Source of the DNA: Amoebidium appalachense
Taxonomy: Eukaryota; Protista; Ichthyosporea
Length of the DNA stretch: 64,000 nucleotides
Direction: 5' to 3'
Assembly (NCBI GenBank): GCA_963693365.1
Contig: CAVNZM010000009.1
Location: 9,735,743 to 9,799,742, forward strand
In this document: in pieces, positions 57,215 to 64,000 of the stretch
Numbering within the stretch: the stretch's first letter is position 1
Layout: every line of letters begins with the position of its first letter
Made by a program: the position numbers and the translations under genes
Notes under the pieces: generated by a model
The model's database searches: none
The model's input: the letters and a program-made list of their open reading frames with translations, nothing else
What the model was told of the DNA's origin: nothing

Positions 57215-57369
57215 AATATATATATATATATTTATATTTATATATGTATATAAATATATATGTACCGTACTAATACAATCAGTGTACACCCTATTTACAC
57301 GGCGCTGAGATATGGTTCACCCTGTGTTTGGTTGTGCTATGTACCTGTTCTTTTGCAAGCACCCAGAAA

Positions 57370-60300
57370 ATGCCGCAAATTCCGTGTCCAGAATGCATTT
57401 TTTCTTTCAAAAACAGAGCTGGTATGGAGAGCCACCGTGTATTTACACATAAAAGGACAAGAGAAGAGCTTGAGCGGGAAAACCAGATCCGAACACGTGG
57501 TGATGCACGCACCCAGCAGCATGAGCATGAGCCAGAGGGTGATGATCATGATGGTGGGTGGGAGGACCTACCAGAGCTACCCGCGGACCCTGAGGACCCT
57601 CCCGTCGTAGAATCAATACCCCCAGAATGCACACACCATCTCATGTTCCTCAGGGACGGGGATCAGTATCATGCTCTGAAGGACAAGTTAATCCAAAAGC
57701 AAAAGCAACAGTATGTAGTGCCAACCAGGGACATGATTCATTCTTGGGGCAAGTGAACGTCCCAGAGGGACAAAAAGCATACATTAAAGATGTCAGTGAG
57801 TTCATCGAACATCTACGGGAGGACCCCGACTACCCGTTCGCCAACAAGGCCGAGGTAGGGATTTGCTTTGGTGCAATAATGATAGAAGAATGAGCCTTTA
57901 TATACAACTACAACTGTAAAGTACCTTTCTAGTACTCTGGTGGATATCGTTCTGATATACATATGGATATGCAACAGTGCACCGTCCTATTACCATTTTT
58001 TGTCATGCATATGGTGCTGATTATAAATGACGCCTCTGATCCCTGCAGGCAGATATGGCCCACTACTTCCATGAAAACAAGACGTCCATTGCGGCCGCAG
58101 ACCGCCTTCTGGGACTCATGAGGGAGCATGCCCATGGTGATCTTGCCCAAGACACGTTTCCCAAGAAGGTCGAACACCTGCACAAGAAGATGGACACCAT
58201 CCCCAGTCTGGTAAGCGTGTAGATCTGGAAGGGGAAAAAAAAAATGCCCGAAACCCTAGATCCAAAGATTGCTGGTTACCGTTGGTTGGTTTGTTCGCGC
58301 CCGCGCCCACATCTAGATCTGGATCCGATTCAACAAATTCAATTGGAGATACGATTGGCTGTATGGTTGGAATCTGCATACCTGCATAGATGCAGGCAAA
58401 CACAGCTAACAAATTTCGCTTGCCCGAAATCATGCCACCTACACGCACCACAAGTGCGTACACGGTTGCACATATCTATCCCCTATCCTCACGCAAATAC
58501 ACTACCCACACATGACAACCACACCGAAACATTACAGGCGTTTTCTCGCATGGAGGTGGACCTGCACCGCCCTGGCATCAACAAGGCAGTTGTCATGTAC
58601 AGAGATATTGGCGACTGCATCCAGCGTGTGCTCCTTCACCCCACGCTTGAAAAGGATGGCTCCATTACCTATAAGACAGAGTTTCCGGTTGATGATTTGG
58701 GCCGTAGGGTATACACAGACCACATGGATGGTGACTGGGCAATAAGGGAGGAGCTGAAGATACCAGTTGGGGGCACCCTCTGGTCGATTATTGTGTACTC
58801 TGACCAGACCCAGCTCACGTCGTTTGCAGGGAAGAAAGCGTATCCTGTCTACATCTGTGGTGGTAACATTAACAAGAACGTCAGATCAGGCGACTGGAGC
58901 AAGTCAGTAGTCGGTCAAGTAACAATATTATTTCAATGATTATTTTTTCCCCATAATTTTCTGTTTTTTGGCCGGGGCAAATGCACACATGCATGGATCT
59001 AGAGACGGGCATGGACTAGTTTAGGGCGCCGCGTTTGCGTCTGTGGCTTGTGTAAGATAATAACCCGGGCTTTGCAGGCTTCCAATTGCGTACATCCCCG
59101 AGCTGGATATCTCGAATGGAAAGAAGGTTTCAGAGGCAGTCAAGTCCAAAGCGCGACTGCAACTGTTTCATGAGATCATCGACCGAGTCATCGGCGAACC
59201 CCTGCGTGCAATGAACGCGAAAGGGCGGTGGTTTTACTGCGGGAGCGACAGGATGTGGCGGCTTATGTTCCCACGTGTATCGTACTACGTTACGGACTGG
59301 CCTGAGGGGCGCAAGGTGACATGTACCAGGCAAGTATTTAAATATATCATTATGGTATTAGTCGTATATACATGTTTTAGGTTTTGGATATCATTCATGT
59401 ACCTTGAAACCCAAGCAACAGTATCATAATGATATCATTCACGTACATTGAAATCCACTTTTTTTTGCCATTGACACACACGTATACATACTAACCTGTT
59501 TTTGTTCCTTGACAGGTCCGGGGTTGCCACTGCCAGCCCATGTCATAAATGCTGGGAATCATGCGAGACACTGTGCGAGGTGTGGAACCCAAAACCACTG
59601 AAGACAGAGGAGGCAGTCAGTGCCATCTATTCTAAGGTGGCTGACCTGCGTTCAGACGGGCAATCTGCTCTCGCGAGCGAGTTGCTGAAACAAGCCTCGC
59701 TTCAGGACTTCACAGCGAATGCCGGCCCGGAACTACCCGGTTTCTGGTGGCTGTGGGGCGTTCCCATTGAACGCATGCACCAGGCAGAGAGTGGTGTGTT
59801 TAAGCAAATGATCATCGAATACAAACAGTATGTTAAACACATCTGTGAAGTCGTTGGTGATGGGCCCGGGTCTGCTGCTGACAACCAAGCCAAGGAAATC
59901 ATTCGGGAGTTTGATCGCCGGTTCAATGAATTGCCACGGTTCCACGGGCTTAGGCACTTCACCGGCACCGTGTCTGATCTGACGTTCCTTCGTGCTAACG
60001 AGCACAGAGATCTAATGAAGGTACTAGTAGCCCTCACCCCCCCCCTCCCCCTCCCCCCCCCCCCATCTACCTCCCCTCCCCCCCCCCTCTCTCAGTCCTC
60101 TCTCAGTCCCCCCCCCCCATCTACCTCCCCCCCCCCCCATCTACCTCCCCCCCCCCCCCCTCTCTCAGTCCCCCCCCCCCCATCTACCTCCCCCCCCCCC
60201 TCTCTCAGTCCCCCCCCCCTCCCCCCAACCCACCCGAGGCTCCTCCTTGCTTACTGCTTGCTCTACAAAAAACCTAAATGAAAAAACATTTCAGCACATG

Positions 60301-61213
60301 AACATTGTCTTCGTTTGACCATTGAACCACACACACAGGGCATCCCTTTCGTCGTCCGTGGCCTGCTTCCCGATGAGGCTGCCAACAGGAAAGCAGAGAA
60401 GGTGTTTGTGGGATGGAATGATTGGTACACCACTGTGACGAAGGACACGTTTACTGAGGAGGATCTGGAAGAGATGACTGCTAAATATCGGAGGTACAAT
60501 ATACCCCCACTGAACCATACACCCCCACCCATGTAACGGTATACTAGTACACCCCCACACCCACTCATTTCTGTATCATCACTTACTAAGAGGGTCACGA
60601 AAATTGGAATGTGCTTTATGATATGTCACAGTGTGTACACAGTCTCATCAGCGTGGGACAGGTTTGCTCAGGACGCGTACGATTGCTTCAAGGAATCTAC
60701 CAAGAACAACCTTCGCACAGCCAAGCTTCATGCTGGTGACCACTACGCCGATGACTACCGTCTATTTGGTCCCCTTGAGACGGCTGAGAGCTGGGAAAGG
60801 GCCCACAAGTACTACTGCAAACTCCCGTACCGTATGACCAACAAGAACTCCACATTCATCGTTCAGGTCAGTGTGAAGGGGGGTTTCACTGGCGGTTGGG
60901 GGGGGGGGGGAGGGGGGAAGGGGGGGGGGAAGGGGGGGGGGGGTTCTTTCTCGATTTCTTTCCCTTTCCTAATGTGGTAACTTGGTAGGTGGCAACAAAG
61001 GTTCGTCGATGGGATGCCATGGACCTGCGTCGGGCATTGCTGCAAGGTCTGCATGCAGAGATGGACAACCCACCACTTGACGTTCATGATGTACCACCTG
61101 ACGTGAATGAGGCTGTTCTCGAGGAGGTGCTGGCAGGACTCGAGAGGAGGAGGACGTGGCAGTACCCGAAGTACCTGATGATGCTGGACTGGAAGCGGCA
61201 GACGAGGAGGTGA
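57370..61213 (+). CDS. Plavaka-family transposase copy B, 8 exons, about 780 aa, one frameshift in exon 1
   Basis: Exons 57370-57854, 58049-58210, 58538-58902, 59078-59329 (GC donor), 59516-60020, 60339-60493, 60662-60866 and 60989-61213. N-terminal CPEC...H..FTH finger. Plavaka motifs IIVYSDQTQLTSFAGKKAYPVYICGGNI, QLFHEII, YVTDWPE...CHKC, ERMHQAESGVFK, FDRRFNELPRFHGLRHF and KLH...HYADDYRLFG...ESWERAHKYYCKLPYRMTNK. 1-nt deletion near 57725-57735. Confidence 0.9.
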
Positions 61214-61341
61214 CAGTTCTCATGTCAGGTAAGGGGGGGGGGGGGGGGGGGGGGGGTGTCACTGTGGAGGGGGAGAATGGGGGGCAGGGGCAGTTAGGAA
61301 GTTAACGGGGGGGGGGGGGGGGGGGGGGGTCATATCACCCG

Positions 61342-62275
61342 TCGATAAAAAAACACACACAAATGTGCATAAAATCACCCTGGGTGCACGGGTTCGACCC
61401 AGTTTTTTTGCCCTGCAAACAGGGGGCACGTGGGGGGTGTGTGTGTGAAGTTTGGTGCATGTACGGGCACTGGTCGGACGGGAGGGGGGTCCATCGGCCC
61501 AATTTTACAGTGATTTGTACATGAAAGCGCAGAATCAGTTATACACGAATGCAAATACACCTAACTCCTTCCAGAAACACAAGTAGCAAGAGTTAGGGGG
61601 CTCCCAAGTAACGTTTGGGGGTGGGGATGATGGTGCAGGGGTTTTTGGGGGGATAGGGCCATATGCCTGCCCATAAAATGAAGTCCCAGGGGGGGGTCTG
61701 AGTGTTTTAATAGGGGATATCGATAAAAACACACACAAATGTGCATAAAATCACTCTGGGTGCACGGTTTTCGACCCAGTTTTTTTGCCCTGCAAACAGG
61801 GGGCACGTGGGGGGGGGGGGTGTGAAGTTTGGTGCATGTACGGGCACTGGTCGGACGGGAGGGGGGTCCATCGGCCCGATTTTACAGTGATTTGTACATG
61901 ATAGCGCAGAATCAGATATACACGAATGCAAATACACCTAACTCCTTCCAGAAACACAAGTAGCAAGAGTTAGGGGGCTCCTAAGTAACGTTTGGGGGTG
62001 GGGATGATGGTGCAGGGGTGTTTGGCGGGATAGGGCCATATGCCTGCCCATAAAATGAAGTCCCAGGGGGGTCTGAGTGTTTTAATAGGGGATATCGATA
62101 AAAAAACACACAAATGTGCATAAAATTACTCTGGATGCACGGATTTCGACCCAGTTTTTTTTTTTTGCCCTGCAAACAGGGGGCACGTGGGGGGTGTGTG
62201 TGAGAAGTTTGGTGCATGTACGGGCACTGGTTGGACGGGAGGGGGGTCCATCGGCCGGATTTTATTGTAATTTCT
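61342..62275. repeat. Tandem repeat of about 377 bp, about 2.5 copies, just downstream of the transposase
   Basis: tcgataaaaa...acacacaaatgtgcataaaat starts at about 61342, 61720 and 62096, with near-identical units. Confidence 0.93.
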
Positions 62276-62317
62276 TCATGTGTGGTTGTGTGTGCGTGTG
62301 TGTGTGTGTGTGTGTGT

Positions 62318-62407
<90 letters not shown>

Positions 62408-63762
62408 AGGAAGGGGGGGGAGGGGGGGGGGTGCTTCATCATACCGGTAGAAAAAACCCCCTTTTCCCCTAAACCCCCCGGTCTTTAAATTTTTAACTTT
62501 TGCATTCCCAGGTAAACAACACCAAAGGGGTTTGAGGCTCTCGACACTGGATTCCTTCTTTGACCAGGAACGGGAAGCGGTCCCCAGCCCCCTTCTAACA
62601 GATAATGGGAGAAATTGTAAAGTTTACATTTTGTGACGTCACGGTGGTGCCACAACGGGGTATTTTATTAGCATACGAATAGTAAATGCTGAGCTGGGGA
62701 CCCGGCAGGAAAGATATCGACCAACGGGGACGGCCCGTCATGAGCGGTGTTCGGATACAAAAACACAGCAAAATATTGACATGAAAACATCCGAACGGGG
62801 CCTGCACGTTCGTGTCAAATTATTCATATCATATCCAATTCGGATTCTGAGAGTCCACCAAGAAGACAAAACGAACAAAAAACGTGCCCATCACAGATTT
62901 GTGGTGAAACACGTCTTCGGGGAAACACGTATTCCGGAATATATATTAGAATCAAAATAAGCATGTTCCAGGAGCCATAAGACGTGTCTGCAAGTCCATG
63001 AGCAAGACGTTATAGAAGTTAGACAGTATTGATACAAACATATTCCGGAATACGATATTATGGGACAAGTGGTTTTGCTGTGGTTTGGGTAAAGATCTCA
63101 TAGCTGAGCAGTCCCCAACGTGCAGAAAAACACATATTCCGGAATATGTTAATCGGCCTATTGCAAACCCAGTTTTGTGCATTCTCAACCATACATGCCC
63201 GTGCTATGGACCAGAAAAACTGATACACTTATTGGTGTCAAGAGAACCAACCCAACCCCACCCCAATCCCAACCACCATCTACTCGAGCTAGTAGAGACA
63301 AAAGCCCTAAAACATAACATAACACAACATAACACAAAAAAGAAAACACAAGCCCGTTCGTTCGTTTGTTCGTTCCATGAGCATGTAAAAATATGTCAAG
63401 ATAAAATGTGGCTGAAGGACAGGAAAGCGTTTATTCATTCAATCATTCATTCATTCTTTACTTTCACTGAACGACGAGTGAATTCTCTAGAACATGTGTT
63501 TCAATACAAATATTGATGCAAATGAATACAAATTTATATATACCCACAGGGTATAACGTGATGGTCATTCGAGCAAACATCATGGCCATTGCAGCTGTTG
63601 TTGTCGTCATTTGGGGCGCAAGCGCTTTGCAATCGGCTAGAAAAACATACTAAGCGGCAAAGGTGGGAGTGGGCTGTCGGCATCATACTCAGCGTCTACA
63701 CGGTGGGTTGCATGGTGTTGAGTGCTTTCCTGAATGATATCAGGTTCTCGGACACCATGTTC

Positions 63763-64000
63763 TCTATGAAAACTACTCCGGGACGTGTGTTGCCTCTAGG
63801 GGGACATCCCCTTGGACGAAAGTGAACCTGCAATGGTTGTAAACCACGGCAAGCCCCCAGTCATCAATTTATTGATCCGTGAGGTCCATGTGCCCAAAAA
63901 ACGGGGGAAGTCTTCGCCCCGTGAAAAAACAGCACGTATGTGGGGATCAATGGGGGTTGTGTGTGGGTGTAGGTGGGTGGGTGAAAAGGAATATATAGCT
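63763..64000 (-). mobile_element. 3' end (A2 tail, spacer, B2) of Ngaro copy 5, running out of the window
   Basis: Near-identical to 34529-34766. Confidence 0.93.

Larger units (their letters stand above)
50353..62275. mobile_element. Plavaka-type DNA transposon module B (accessory gene and KDM4-like JmjC on minus, complete transposase on plus, downstream tandem repeats); ends not defined
   Basis: Mirror arrangement of module A, with a complete transposase gene model. Confidence 0.8.

Noticed and set aside
57720-57740. Programmed frameshift in transposase B exon 1
   Set aside because: Copy A is open across the homologous region and there is no slippery heptamer, so decay or an indel error is more likely.
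62440-62520. Candidate terminal inverted repeat of the Plavaka module (compared with about 15570-15610 and about 47950-48000)
   Set aside because: Only weak resemblance; no convincing inverted pair, CACTA end or TSD was found.
62520-63762. Short ORFs and three copies of cac(a/g)tattccggaata-like words
   Set aside because: No recognisable protein motifs, and the repeats are too short and few to interpret.

Overview
Eukaryotic, intron-rich and almost entirely repeat-derived DNA (GT-AG and GC-AG introns full of poly-C and (CA)n tracts). No host housekeeping, rRNA, tRNA or CRISPR features were recognised. (1) Two diverged, oppositely oriented copies of a three-part module sit at the window ends (about 1-14 kb and about 50-62 kb). 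Each has a spliced Plavaka-family DNA transposase with an N-terminal C2H2 finger, transcribed divergently from a spliced gene of unknown function, and the first intron of that gene contains a KDM4-like JmjC histone-demethylase ORF. This looks like a DNA transposon carrying its own putative anti-silencing enzyme. (2) There are five copies of a Ngaro/DIRS-type tyrosine-recombinase (YR) retrotransposon with split direct repeats (A1-gag-RT/RH-YR-B1-A2-B2), one apparently intact at 19719-25180. Its ATG-less RT and YR ORFs are each preceded by a phase-1 splice acceptor that matches a phase-1 donor inside gag, which suggests expression by alternative splicing. (3) A nested retroelement stack fills 30.7-45.6 kb: a Gypsy element interrupted by a solo LTR and a Ngaro copy, which is itself interrupted by a 5'-deleted Copia. 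Satellites of about 181 and 370-380 bp are also present. Exon models were read by eye. Single-base frameshifts next to homopolymers may be assembly errors. No terminal inverted repeats could be found for the Plavaka modules.
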